NCBI GenBank assembly: GCA_013239625.1
Contig: MU056050.1
Span: 738,504-785,554 of the forward strand
Direction: 5' to 3'
DNA: 47,051 nt
Source: Lama guanicoe
Taxonomy: Eukaryota
Shown here: positions 24,530 to 37,277 of the stretch, piece after piece
How positions within the stretch are numbered: the stretch's first letter is position 1
How the letters are laid out: each line of letters begins with the position of its first letter
Notes under the pieces: generated by a model
Seen by the model: only the letters and a program-made list of their open reading frames with translations
Told to the model about the DNA's origin: nothing
Database searches by the model: none
Made by a program: the position numbers and the translations under genes

Positions 24530-24602
24530 TCTTCCTCTCCTCCTCTCTCTCCTTCCTCCTGCTCCCTCCACCTCCCTCTCCCCCACTTCTCCCTCTCTTT
24601 CA
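24530..24602. repeat. CT-rich polypyrimidine low-complexity tract
   Basis: About 70 bp almost entirely C/T. Confidence 0.8.
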
Positions 24603-25769
24603 CTCATCAAATAAATCTGTTGAAAACTTTTTGGGGTAATTTATTCTATTTGGTGGAATTTGAATGGAAAGTGAACCAAAACACAAAGGTAATTGTGTTA
24701 GAATTTTTAAAAGATCCCTGAAATTCAAAAGAAATGTTGAATTACGGGGAGATCACTCGTAACACCTGGCTTGTGCGGAACACCAGGCTTGTGCCAGCTT
24801 TGGCTGATTTGGAGGTGGTGGGCATTATGGGTTAGCTGGCAGTTTATAAACATTCTAGTGTCTTGCTTTTTACCCAGGATGCTGGGGACTTCATCTGTCT
24901 GTAATACATTTCAAGGAAGACTGGGCCAACCTACTGTGATTGGAAATTGTAGATAGTGTTTAGAGTAGTGGGAAGTACTTGGAGGGCAGTCAGTTCACTT
25001 ACCAGGACTGGTGGTGGGCCTGTCATGTCTTGAATGTGCTTTCCAAAATCAGTGGGCATTTGTCTTTTTCAAAGACACCAAGAAGGAAAACAGCAGGAAT
25101 GATAGAGGAGCAGGCATGTGGTATTTCGAAGTTTTGACTCCCTAAGGGGGAAGTGGTTACTTGGTAGCAAGTAACTAAGGCTCTTCTTGTGGATCAAAAG
25201 ATGTCTTGTTACACCCAATATATTCCTTGTGATCCAATCAGACTGGTCAGTTTATGCTCAACTTGATCATTTTTGCCATTGTGCCTTTGTTTATGCTGCA
25301 CTCTTTTCCTGGATTACCTTTCCTTTTCCTTTCTGTGTAAGTCAGTCTTCACCTTTTGCCATTTCTTCCTTCCCCCCTTTTTTTCTCCTCCACTTCCTCT
25401 TCCCTTTTTCCTCCTACCTCTCCTTCTCCTGCAAATAATCACAAAACATCAATGATCATAAAAACAATGGCTTGCAATTAATGATTAGAGAATTGCAACG
25501 AAGTCCCTATGCATGCTAAATAGAAGTTGCCTAAATGATCTGTCTTTTGAGAAAACATTTTCTTCATGCATAAGGACTCTGCATAACAATAATTGAAGGC
25601 CCAGAATAGCTCTCAGGTACTGCTTAAATGATTTCCAACCATTAACAGGAAGGACTATTCCAGAAGAATGAAGAAAAATTAAATTTGTGCAGTGGAGGGA
25701 ATGTGTAACTGGTATGCACAGGAACTTGTGGCTACGCTTATATAGAATAGGACAGTCACTGTGCTGTTT

Positions 25770-25955
25770 AATCTTCATTATCTTGATTAATGATCACAAC
25801 CACCCAATGAGGAAGAGACTATTTTTTATTTCTAAAACTGATGGGGACACTGAAGTTCAAAAAGGTTGAGTAACTTGCTCAAAGTTAAGTAGCTAAGAAA
25901 GAGCAGGATTGGGATTTGAGATGATGTCAGTATCATTCCAAAGATCACTTTATAC
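25770..25955 (-). mobile_element. MIR SINE
   Basis: 'tcacaaccacccaatgagg...gatggggacactgaagttcaaaaaggttgagtaacttgctcaaagt'. Confidence 0.85.
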
Positions 25956-26071
25956 ACTGACCTCTAGCTCCTAAGATCCAGCTTATAAAGTCCACCTTGA
26001 GAACTCTAGTTAAGTAAGTTGGCTAATAATCTGAGCACAACCTGAACTACTGAATCTAAAACTTGAATATA

Positions 26072-26292
26072 CAGTTGAACCCTGAACAACACAGGTTTGA
26101 ACTGCACAAGTCCACTTATACACAGATTATTTTTCAATAAATATGTACTACAGTAATCATACTACCTGATCCCTAGTTGGTCAGATCCGTGGATGCGGAA
26201 CTGCAGATACAGGAGCTGCAGTGTTATATGTGGATTTTCAGTTGTGTGGAGGGTCTGCTCCCCTAACCCCTGTGTTGTTCAAGGGTTGACTA
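26072..26292 (+). mobile_element. Tigger2-derived MITE
   Basis: TA|cagttgaaccctgaacaacacaggtttgaactgcac...cccctgtgttgttcaagggttgacta|TA. Confidence 0.9.
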
Positions 26293-27249
26293 TAGACTCT
26301 CACAAATTATCCTTTCATTGTTTCATGTGAATAAGCTTGATTTTTACCTCTAGACTTATAAGCTTTTTTTTTTAATCTACAGTGCTGAGCATATAGTTGG
26401 TACATAAGACAAGTCATCTTGAAGAGGGAAGCTAAGCTGTTGTTCTGAAAAGTAGAACTTTCAGGATCAAGGAGTCTGTCTTTACTTAAAACCAAAACAA
26501 CTGTATAAAACCTAAAAACAATCCAAATAACTGTTGGATGGGGGTTTGTCTGGGAAGAGGTGAGGGAACTAGACCTAGACAGTGCAAAAAGGTAATTTGG
26601 TTGATTTTTTTCCTTCACTGACCAGTTGATGTTGTAGTGACAGGTCTCATACACATACAAGCACATCGACTAGGTTTGCTGAATCATCCAGTTAATAAGC
26701 AGTCATAGAGTAGATAAGACAATATCTAGATGATTAAAGTTGGCTTTGTAGATGGGTCACATTCTATAAGTTGATCAATTCCTGGAAAGCAGATATTGAT
26801 GCAAACCCTCTCTTTCCACTTTAACTTCGCTTATTGGTTCAGATATGCTTTGTCAACTGGCACTGATGTATAAGATGTTATCTTGTAGTTTTTATCTTGC
26901 TCATTTCCGTGTCAGATACAGGTGACTTCTTTAAGAGGGCCTTAATCTGCAAAATATTGAAATGGGCTTACTTATTTGCATTATGATTTGTGTTTAATTT
27001 AAGGCTGACTACATGACCTTGAATTTAGTGCCTCTATTACTGCAGCAAGGTGTAAAAATGCCTTACTATGTTTTCCATGGAAACTAAAGGAGGAGGCACA
27101 CCAGTAGACAGGAGTTTGCTACCGTTGTGGATTTCCTCTCTGCAAATTGCTAGGATGATGAAGAAGAAAAGGATGAGCCATCATTTGCAGTCCAGTCCCA
27201 GTAGGTATTTATAGCTGACTCTAGAAATAGTGTTCTCACAACTGTATGC

Positions 27250-27470
27250 CTTAATTCTATCCTTCCTTCAAGGCTCAGCTTAGCTGTCACTTCCTCTGTG
27301 ATTCCTTCTTTGTTTTGTCATCCAAAAGGTCTCCCATACTCTTCTGAACTATCAGCACTTTATCTTTCCTCCATTCATGACATATCACCTTCTGCCTTTT
27401 GTTGTAGTTATTTATGTCCTTGTCTTCTCTCCCCTGGTAGACCCACATAGTGACATAATAGGTACACAAT
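27250..27470 (+). mobile_element. L2 fragment
   Basis: 'tatccttccttcaaggctcagcttagctgtcacttcctctgtgattcctt'. Confidence 0.65.
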
Positions 27471-27474
27471 ACTA

Positions 27475-27612
27475 GGAAAGCTAACAGCTATTGAGCTTTA
27501 TGCATATTAATTGATTTAATCATCAAAGCAGTTGAGTTGAAGTAAATACTATTCACAACATCTCAATTTCATAAGGGGAAGCTGAGGTTTTTGAAAGATT
27601 AAGTGATGTCAT
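27475..27612 (-). mobile_element. MIR fragment
   Basis: 'gctaacagctattgagc...tttaatcatcaaagc...ggggaagctgagg...attaagtga'. Confidence 0.55.
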
Positions 27613-27624
27613 GAACTCTAAGCA

Positions 27625-27960
27625 GTCAAGCACCATGTACGTATTTATTAGGCATTTACTCTAACCCAATATTATGTGTTGCTTTGGGGGTACAGAAGAA
27701 GTATGCCCTTGAAGAAATTACTGTCACAATGGGAAATATTACATAAATACACTAAATAGTTTCATAAAATAATGTAGAATCCAATACTCAGCTATGCCAT
27801 GTGGACTCTATCTAATAGAAGTTTTGAAAAAAAGATTGGTTAGTGGAACCTGGGATGATTTTGGAAAGGAGGCTTTATGGAGGGGTAAGAACTTGAGTTT
27901 TAGATTAGGAGGGGAGAGGAGAGCTTTTGAGATGGGGAGATATATTTAGCAAAGATGGTA
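27625..27960 (-). mobile_element. L2 fragment
   Basis: 'tatttattaggcatttact...gcccttgaagaaattactgtc...ggctttatggaggggtaagaacttgag'. Confidence 0.6.
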
Positions 27961-30034
27961 ATTGATGGATGAATGAAGATAATGTCTTTTACCTCATGGA
28001 TTAAAATTTCAGTGATGTCTGCATCTCCTCAACTGAGTGTCATTTGCAGAGATGTGTTTGGATCTGTCCTGTCCTAATGCCCTCCACTCCAGCTGGTTTA
28101 TAAACCATGCGTGTAAGTGGGGTCCTTCCTCAGACTCCTGCCCTTGCTGATGCTTTCCACCACCCAGAAACGCTGCATGTATGAGCTAAATGGATGTCAT
28201 GTCATTGACAGGAATAATTCCCCATTTCTAGACGTTTTGAGAAAATGAATAATATTGGCTCATTTCAAAAAGGGGTCTTTGAAAGTCAGCACATTCTGAC
28301 ATTCTTCTCCCTTCTCCCCCTTCGGTGTGTGAACTCCATGGATTTCTTAGGAAGATGCACTGGTTGTCATGGTAAAAACTACGTTAATTGGCTTCCTCTA
28401 GTTGACGTTCTGTCAAGCTCACTGCCCCACTGAGGATTTGGAATAGAACACTTAACTTTTTACTTCTCAAAGAACATGTTCCCAGCAAGTCAGCTGCTTC
28501 AGCAGAAAATGGAAGGTATTTGAAATGTCCAATATGTTATCCGAATATTTCACTCTTCATGGGGCCAGATATGCAGTTTCACTTTCATTTGATATCTTCT
28601 TTCCACAGAGAGTGCTGATGGAAACTCAGCTGGAGATTTTTAACTGTGTTAAGTGGATTCGGGGAATTTGTAAAGAATGAAAGCGTGTGGGCAGACCATT
28701 AATTTGAGGATAGAGACCTGAGCCCAGGGCAGGACTGGTCTGAAGCAAACTGTAGTCCTCTCTTTTGTCTTCATCCTACCCTGTTTTCCCCACTGCTAGA
28801 AGGATTGAAGAAAGGAAAAGGAAAAAGGCAGGCAGACAAGCCTAGTACCTCCACCCAAAAAGTGTGTCTCAACTTCAGATGGTTCCTGATTTCCCTTTTC
28901 TTCCAGTCTTTCAAATCACAAATGTAGCTAACTGTTGGATCTTTTCACCAGGACATTCTCTTTGCTTGGGAACTTACAGGAAAACCTGAACTGTGGTTTT
29001 CATGGCTCCGAATGATTTAACATACCACTTATGTAACTTACTTGAAATTGCCCTTGATGGCCATTGGGATAGATATTTTTGGTATTCCTTATATGATTTC
29101 ATGTTAACAAGTGCCATTATCTACATACTGGTTTAGTTTTGCCCTAGATCTTCTGGGTAACAGTGACTTACTGAGAAATCCTGAGTATTCTGTGTAGCTC
29201 CATGCTTCAGTTTGTGGGGCTGATCCCTCTTTCTTTGGAGCAGCACATGGTATGACATTAGGGGTTCCCAGAGGTCTTTTTAACATCTCCTGGAACACTT
29301 TTAGTGATGTTGCAAACTCATCTGAAGACTCTCCATCCCATTTCTCTTCTTAAATCCTCTTTTAGCTGCCACTGGTCCTCTATCCATCAGTGTGAATGGT
29401 GTGAGAGATTTGGCCACTGGCCACCTGAGGGAAAACTAGGAAAGAAAAGTGTCCGTTGGTTGGTTGAGGCTAGAAAACAACTTGCCTTTTGAACAATTTT
29501 GCCTCAGGCTGGTAGTGGGGATAATAATGCTAATTATCATCAGGAAGTGGTGCCCAATTAAGTGCCTAATTGGGCATAATGCTGTACTTAGAGAACTTCA
29601 TAGACCTATGTGTTTCTGCATTGAGCCTAACGTGCTGTTACAGAGACTGGGTTGTTGGATGGAAGTATTAAGTCAGCCAGTGCAAAATGTGTGGTCTGCA
29701 TCACACACAGATTAAAAGTCAGTTCATTTGTGGGGAATAAGGGTACTGTGAGATTAAAACTATGAAGGGAAATGTAACATGAATATTATTTTGGCTTTAT
29801 ACCTTCTCGAATATTTAGAAATATTGGAGCTCTCTTTCCTGCTTCAGAAAGTAATGTTATAGATTCTTTGGTGATAAACCCTGCCTAGGCATCAGCAACA
29901 TTGTTGAGATTGACAGATCATTGTCTGCTCTTGGAAGGTAGGGGTGGAGAAGGTGAGGGATAAGTGGATACTCACACCAAAACATCCCCTGGAAGATGGT
30001 TTTTGGTGACCTTATGGACTAAAAGAGTATAAAT

Positions 30035-30190
30035 ATGTGCTAAGATTTATTCAGTTCTTACAAAGTTCCAGGTGCTGTATTAAGCACCCTAAATTAGTTG
30101 CCTCATTTAATTCTGCTAACAACCATTACATAGATGAAGAAGTGGAGGAATAGAGAGTATAAAGACGTTGCCCAAAGTCATACTGCCATA
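30035..30190 (-). mobile_element. MIR SINE
   Basis: 'ccaggtgctgtattaagcac...ctcatttaattct...catagatgaagaa...ttgcccaaagtcatac'. Confidence 0.75.
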
Positions 30191-31019
30191 GAGGGTACCC
30201 CTCACCCCTCCCTGCCTTATACTCATACTAAGTCAGTGATACGTTTTTTCTTATCATTGAGTACTCTCTCTGCAGAAAGTGGATGAATTTAGTTGAGGAC
30301 TCCATTTAATTGGATTCTGGTTAATTGAAGGTTGGCTCTTTCATAGGAGGTAGCAAAATTCAGCTCTGGCACAAATTAGCTCCTTTACTGTCCATGAAAT
30401 AACCAGATCTCATGGTAGTTTATTGCTGCAGATTGGCGAGGCTAATATTTATACAGCCAAGAAACTTGATAGATCAAAGGAGAGTTAACTAAAATAATTC
30501 AAAGGGCCTGGAACTCTGTAGGATTCAAGCTATTCTTAAAATCCCATTATTAAATCCCTTCCTCCCCAATGACCCACCAGCCACCCAGCCATAATGGCTT
30601 GTTTACACAGAGTTGCTTTTAAAGGGAAAAATAGCTTTGCAACTCATAGGGTGGAGGTGAAGCCTGCGTATGCTGTAGTTCCTACAATTTGCCCTTACGT
30701 GTTTCCATAGAAACAGAACTATTGCTTGAACTAAAAATTCTTAGATTTGTTTTCCTTTTTATGTTGTTTGAAACTTGTGCTAACTTTATCAAAACTGCGG
30801 GAGAGATTCATGGCTTTCCATTCTACTGGCAATTAGTGGGACCTTTGTGCTCAGAGGAGAAAGAGGGCACTCACGACTTTAGAATCAGATTTGCATTTAC
30901 CCTTGATACTAATGAAGAGAGAGAAACATGGGTGTGTGAATCCCCTTCCAACATCTTCCAGCTCAGTCTTTGCACTCAGCTCAGCCATCTTGCTCCAGGG
31001 TATAGGATCATTTTGGAGG

Positions 31020-31240
31020 CAAGAGTGTAATTAAGAGCATGGGCTGTAAAGTCAGACTGATTTGGGTTTGACTTCTGACCGTGCTACCTATCACCTTATT
31101 TAAGTTTAGACAAGTAATTTAAGCACTCTGATCCTCAGAGCCTCATCTGTAAAATGCGGGATGATAACTGATACTTGCTTAAAAGAAATAATGTGAAGGC
31201 ATAATACTTGAAACATGGTAAATGCTCAACAAATGGTAGG
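31020..31240 (+). mobile_element. MIR SINE (near full length)
   Basis: 'ttaagagcatgggctgtaaagtcagactgatttgggtttga...cctcatctgtaaaatgcgggatgata...ggtaaatgctcaacaaatggtag'. Confidence 0.9.
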
Positions 31241-32564
31241 TTTTTAAAAAGTGACTTGTTACTCCCCTTGAAACCTCTCCAGTCTCTAAGTTTTGAAGGC
31301 TTCTTCTTGAACCCCATCTCATATTGCCTGATTTGATGTCACATTGCTTGGCACTTCTGAGTTGCTCACAAGGTGAGTTCCAGTTCTTTTGTTGTAGAAG
31401 GGCGTTGTCTCTCAGATCACCTGGATTGTAACCACTTGAGAGCTGAGCACTGGGGAAATACTAATTAAATACTCACAGGAGCAGACTGGGCTCTGGGCTT
31501 CACTATCTAGAGACTGTTTGGAGTTGACTTTGTCTCCACAGGAGTCCAAGTAACCAGTCTCTTTTCTAGCTTTTGCTGCTTCACTAATACTATCTGGTAA
31601 GGCATATCCAATATGCCTAATCTAATAGGACTTCATCTGTAAGGACTGATGAAGATGAAAGAATGCTACAGCACAACCTAAGACTTCTCTGCCTGGAGTG
31701 CCCCGATGCCTGTGGCTCATTTTGCCTGCGGGAAACATTGTATTAAATTCGGTCAGCCTCAAGGACAGCCACTGGGGGCCTCTTACTGGGTGTGAACTGG
31801 CAATGTCTCCAGCCAAGACAAGCTGAGCTGAGACTCAGGTCAGCTTCACTTTAGATTCTCCTGTCAGTCACCATTGGGTAGCGGTATTGCTCAGACTGAA
31901 GGTGTTAATCTTCAATATGGGCTATTTTTCTCAGATATTTTGCGGTTAAAGATGATATCTAAGGTGAAAAATCAATTATGGGAAAGTGCCCAAGTTAAGT
32001 GGCGAGCTGCTTGCAGGCATACTGCTGGATCAGAGAGGGAGACAGTAAGGAATTACTAAGGAAAAATCAAATGTTTACCAGGGCTTTGCAAAATAGAGGG
32101 AGAAATGAAAATAGGGCTTCTGTGATAAATGAACAAAGAACATGGATTTGCCTCAGTTCTAAACTCCTCTGTTGCTCTAGTCATATAGCAGAGGTTATTT
32201 GAACTCAAATTATTTTTGCCAGGCTGAATAGAGGAGGCATCCTTTAGGGGATTTTCAGGTACGAGCCGCGTCCTAGTAAGTGGGTAATTTTGCTGTTCCC
32301 TCTGTGGCCCTCCCTGTAGCTATCACTGTGGAGGGCATTTATGTGCCAAGTTGGTTGAATATTTTGCACAAAGACCAAGCACTGGAAACTTCTCCCTCCA
32401 GCCTGGAGAGCCACCTGCAGTTCTACCAGGGACCAAGGGCAGGTCTGAAGCACTGGCTGGTTTGAAGGCAGGAGAGAGAAGTGGAAGTAGGGATGTATGC
32501 CAGGAGGAGGAGAAGAGAAAAAAGCCAAAGGGGATAATATTTGGGCTTATTGAGCCAGCCTGTT

Positions 32565-33150
32565 AATTGCTTTCTACCTCTAGTACTGCCTCTCTTCAGT
32601 CTATTCTCCACATAGTGACCATTGATTTTCCTAGACATAAATCTGATTGTCTCATTCCCCTACTTAAAGCCCTTCAGTGTTTTCTATTAAGATGAACATC
32701 AAGTCCATGCTCCCTGACATGATGTATGAGGCCCTTCACAATCCACCTTGTCATGACCCATCTCCCCTCTTCTTACTTTCTGCCCCACGCTTGATGCTAC
32801 AGTAATATTGAATGGCTTACAGATCTTTCGACCTCAGGTCCCCTACTACACACTTGACATACAAAAGGCTGCTCCATGTCCTTGCCCATGCAAATCATTC
32901 TGTCTGGGGCACCATTTCCACCTTTCCTTACTAGTCCCTGTTCACACTTCAAGAGGCAACTCAGATTATCTCCTCTAAGAAGCATTCTCCGACCCCTTCA
33001 GGTGGGGCTGTATTTCTCTGAGTTGCATGGCACCTGTGCACACCTCTGTCTCATCACTTACCCCATTATACTGAAATTAGTTATTTACATATATGTCTTC
33101 TCCACTAGACTACAAGCTTCTTGAAGATGGGGCTAAAGGCACTCAAAATA
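32565..33150 (+). mobile_element. L2 fragment
   Basis: 'aatctgattgtctcattcccctacttaaagcccttcagtg...ccactagactacaagcttcttgaagatggg'. Confidence 0.85.
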
Positions 33151-34129
33151 TTTCAGATGGTGCAGAGTGGTATAGAGAGGACCAAGGCAGTAGTCTTAAG
33201 TGTCTGTCAGAAGTAGCCATGGTTTGGGCTTCCTTCCCATTCAGGAGATGCCTGCTTTCTCACTGGCCTTACATATTTGTGAAAAGTTGTCCATGCAATT
33301 ATTCAAGAAACTCCTAGCTTTAGGAAATGTTTGCATTTTAACTGAGTGCCCTTAGTGCCTTACCTTTAGGGAACAGGGGAATTTCAGGCACTAAGGTAGG
33401 CTAATGTAGAGACATACTTTCTTGGCCCTTTCACCACATGGTATAGGCAACTGTCCTTTAAGCCTCCATTTAGCCTCAGCCCTGAACCGGGTGTCTACTG
33501 ATCTATCATCATAGTGGTCTGTTAACACTCATTTAATTAATCTCTTAAAAAATGTGGCATGTGGGTTCTGGGGCTCTATTTAGAGTGTGAACTTCTTGTG
33601 GAAAGGGACTGTCTGTCTCCAGCTTGTCTGGGGTTTCCCAGAGGGCTCTGTAACATGGGAGAGGCTCTGAGGGGATTCTGGCCAAGCCTGCTGATTTATG
33701 AGGGCTTTCCCTTTTTGTATTATGTCTAAACCAGAGTGGAGGACAGCACTGTAATATAGTTCAACCAAGATTGGGTGTCTTGTCCCTGAAATCCCACAGT
33801 ACTACCTTAACTAAGTCCAGAGCTTAAGTAAAAGCTAGTAAGCTAGTGCAGAGGAAGCAAAGGATGGTGGAAAACAGCTTGGACTGTCAAACTTGGCTGC
33901 TCTCATCACGCTATCATTTCTCAGAAATTTCAGATGATTCTTGTTGAAAAATGAAAAAAAATGAAGGAATCACATCTTATAGTATCTGTAGGAAAATGTG
34001 CTTTAAGTAGCGAGATCCAGACTGTCCTTATTGGAGAAATTCCAGTTCTACTGATAGAAAAGATTTTCTCAGACCATCTGTCAGTTATTATAGCAGTCTG
34101 TGTTTAACTCCTTCTGTTCTAGAGTAAAA

Positions 34130-34660
34130 AACATTCACTAATCTAGTAAGTGGCTGCATTGGTGCTTTGGGGAATAAGACATAGCACCTCAGGAGGTTTA
34201 AAAATTTAATAGGAGAAATGAGATAACCATGATGATCTTACAAAGCAGGCAGAATATACTAAATGCTGTAAAGGAGCTACAAAATGTGGTGGAAGCACAA
34301 ATGAGAGGGAGATTACTTTTGGCTAGGGGCTGGGGAAGTCTGCATGGAGGCATGTGAAGGCAGCAGAAAAAGCACAAATTGTGGGCATCCTGGGTAGAGG
34401 CACTAGCATGTTAAATGCTAAGAGATGGAAAAATCCAGGATAGGTCTGTACAAGGGGAATAGTCTGCTATTACAACAGTACACAGTGTGGAAATTACAGT
34501 AGATAAGGTTTTATAGATTGGGGGTCAAATGAAGGAAGCATTTGACTGTCAGATTATGAGGTAGGTATTCAATAGCTTGTCAGTGGCAGGTTTTGGAGTA
34601 GTCAGTACATTGCTCAGAGCTGTGCTTTCAGAGGATTGTTTGGGCAACCCAGGAAGTATG
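34130..34660 (-). mobile_element. L2 fragment
   Basis: 'ggaagcacaaatgagagggag...gggaagtctgcatggagg...cagagctgtgctttcagaggat'. Confidence 0.7.
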
Positions 34661-35144
34661 GGTTAAGTACTGAACTATTTTCTCTAACCTCAGGGCAAAA
34701 GAAATGGATTCATTTCTTCTGCTATTCAAGATGTGATGCATTGGAGTTTGGACTTAGAACTAGATTTTTCTTTTATTATTTGCTATTAGGCTGATGGCCC
34801 GGAGATCACTGCTCAGTCCAAGACAGCTGGCCCAGCCAGGATAAGAGGGTACCTCGGACTTGAACCTGTATGAATTTTGTAGGTTTTGAGTTAAATCTGG
34901 GCCAGTTTTTCAGTATCAGTTTGGTGTTCTTCTCTGTGTGTATGTGGGTATTATTTTGATTTTTTTTTCAGTTTTGTGACTCAGTTTTTCTGTATCCCAT
35001 GGAATGAAACAGCTGGAGGTTGGGTGTGGTGGTGAGGATGATGTAGGATCACATCTGAAATATCTGTACATTGATTCTCTAAGCTCCTTTTTGCTAGTGC
35101 TATCACGAGGCTTATGGGATACATTTTTGTTTGGAGTAGCACCG

Positions 35145-35326
35145 ATGTTTCCGCAAAGTGTGGTTGTCTTTGGCCACTTGTAAAAGAATTCCCCCGGGGA
35201 GTAATCTGGCTTAAGATGCAGGTTTGGGGCCCTGCCCTAGATGGGCCGAACAAGAGACCAGGTATCTGCCTGTTTAACAAGCTCCCTAGGTGATTCAAAT
35301 TCATGCTCAGGTTTGAGAATCACTGA
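35145..35326. mobile_element. MER5A-like hAT MITE
   Basis: 'caaagtgtggt...gtttaacaagctccctaggtgattc...gtttgagaatcactg'. Confidence 0.75.
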
Positions 35327-35529
35327 AGTAGGAAAAGATTAAAAACCAAGAAATGGAGTTTTGAATTAAAAAGGCAAAAAAAAAAAGGTGGATCATAAGG
35401 CTATTAAAAGGAGTATTGAAAAGTCTAGAAAAGTTGGAATTTGAATTTTTTTTCTTTTAATTCATCAATCTAGGAATTTTGGGCTCAAAGAAGAGAAACT
35501 TGTTAAAAAAAAAAAAGACCTTCCCATTT

Positions 35530-35935
35530 TGGAATGGTCTTTCTCCTTTATCCCTCCCTGCGCAAATCTGACCCATACTTTAAGGCTCATCTCTTCTCGT
35601 GTGTATTCCAGGACCACTCAAGCCAATGAAAATTTTTTTGGTTTTCAGAGCTGCCTTCACTTCCTGGTTGTCCCTTTAATTGGCCGTCCAGCCTTGAGGT
35701 CTCTTGTGTGTTATCAACTTGCCCTCGAACCAGTGGTGACTTCACCCTTGAATTGAGATTTACCTGTGAGATTTACCTGTTTCATACCTGTTGATGTTTC
35801 CCCACTTAGTCTCTAAATTCCTTGAGGGAAAGGGCTATATCTTACACTTCTTTCCGCACTCTCCAATCCTGTAGCATCTGACATCGTGCTTGTCACCCAA
35901 TAGGAATATGATAAATGCTTGCAGAGTCAATGGGA
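35530..35935 (+). mobile_element. L2 3' fragment
   Basis: 'ctttaaggctcatctc...taaattccttgagggaaagggct...taggaatatgataaatgcttg'. Confidence 0.7.
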
Positions 35936-37074
35936 GGATTTCAGAAGACATGATGGAGCTTTGCTTGAGAAACACAAATATCAAAAGTATGTTGAGGGAA
36001 AAAGGAGAAAGTGAACCTAAAACACATGCTTACAGTCACAAAAATAGTCAAGTACTTAAAAGCGAAGTGGATAAAGTTCTCTGTCTTCCCAGTAGCTTTT
36101 AGAGACTTGCAGGAGCCAAAATCCTTATATTCATTTATGAGAAACAAACCCATTTCCATAACTCACCTTCCATTTTCAACACTTTCTTTCAATTCCAAAT
36201 TGTGACTCAGGCTTGCTTTATTTCTGGCAGCATGTCGTCTTTTAAATGGGGAGTGAAAAGAACTTGGAACAATGACTTTCAAACTTGCCTAGTCCTTTGA
36301 TAATAGTCCCTCTTAAATGCTGAGGGATAGCCCTTTGTGCACTCACTGATTACATCATCCATTAAACGGGCCCTGCCGTGGGATCTTTTTCTTTGTGGAT
36401 TTGATAACTGACCCTGTATAATTTGATTTGTCAAAATGCATCTTACCCCCTTTCCCTTCCTCCTCATTCTTCCTTTGAAGCCATGCCTTCCCTGATTTTA
36501 GAGTGTGGAGGACTAGGGGGTAGGTGGGAATTGATGCCTGCCTGGGCTTTTTAAGTACCAGCGGCAACATTATTTCTATATTTTTTGTTCTGCCACTGAA
36601 AATGCCTCAGCCCACACGTAACTAGTTCTCATTCTCTTCCTGCTCCCCCGCCCACAGCATCCTCCTGCTCCCCCTTAAATGCCTGCCCCTCCTTCTCGGA
36701 GGCCACTTTCCTTCACAGTTTCAGAATGGTTTCATTCATCACTGTCACAGTCCTTGTCGATGGTAAACTCTTTCATCTTATCTGTGGCCACCAGTAAATG
36801 AGTTTGCATTTAATATTTTAAAGAGTTTTTGTTTCTGACATTTCTCCACCCACTGGTACTTGCACTTACGTGGCTTGCTGTCACCTTTTCTTTGCCAGTT
36901 CGTTGGCAGGAACCAGTCTTCCCCCTAGAATGGAAGAGGATCATTTTGTCACTCAGGAAATCTAATTTTCATCTGACATTGGTTACAAGTACTCAGTTTC
37001 TTCTTTGGGTGAGAAAGGCAGGCTTAAGAGGAACAATTTAAGAATTTGGCAGAGGAGGATGAAAGTTGCAAATG

Positions 37075-37265
37075 ATTGGGCTGGACACTAGGAAATTTTG
37101 GATTTAACTTCCTGCCCTGGGCTAACCTACTGTCAGTTCTGTGTAAATTACTTAATCTATCTGTATCCTTTCTGTGCTATGGGAATGATGCTAATTTCGA
37201 AACTGAGATGAGGGGCAAAAGTTATGGATACCACATTTTGAAACTACGAAGAGCATTGACAAAAA
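37075..37265 (+). mobile_element. MIR SINE (diverged)
   Basis: 'cctgccctgggctaacctactgtcagttctgtgtaaattacttaatctatctgtatcctttctgtgctatggg'. Confidence 0.55.
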
Positions 37266-37277
37266 TGATACGATTTG

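Noticed and set aside
31282..31378. 91-nt exon candidate ending at strong donor AAG|gtgagt
   Set aside because: No coding-like frame or recognisable peptide; most likely a pseudo-exon.
35754..35779. 13-bp tandem duplication tgagatttacctg x2
   Set aside because: Ordinary slippage inside a decayed L2.
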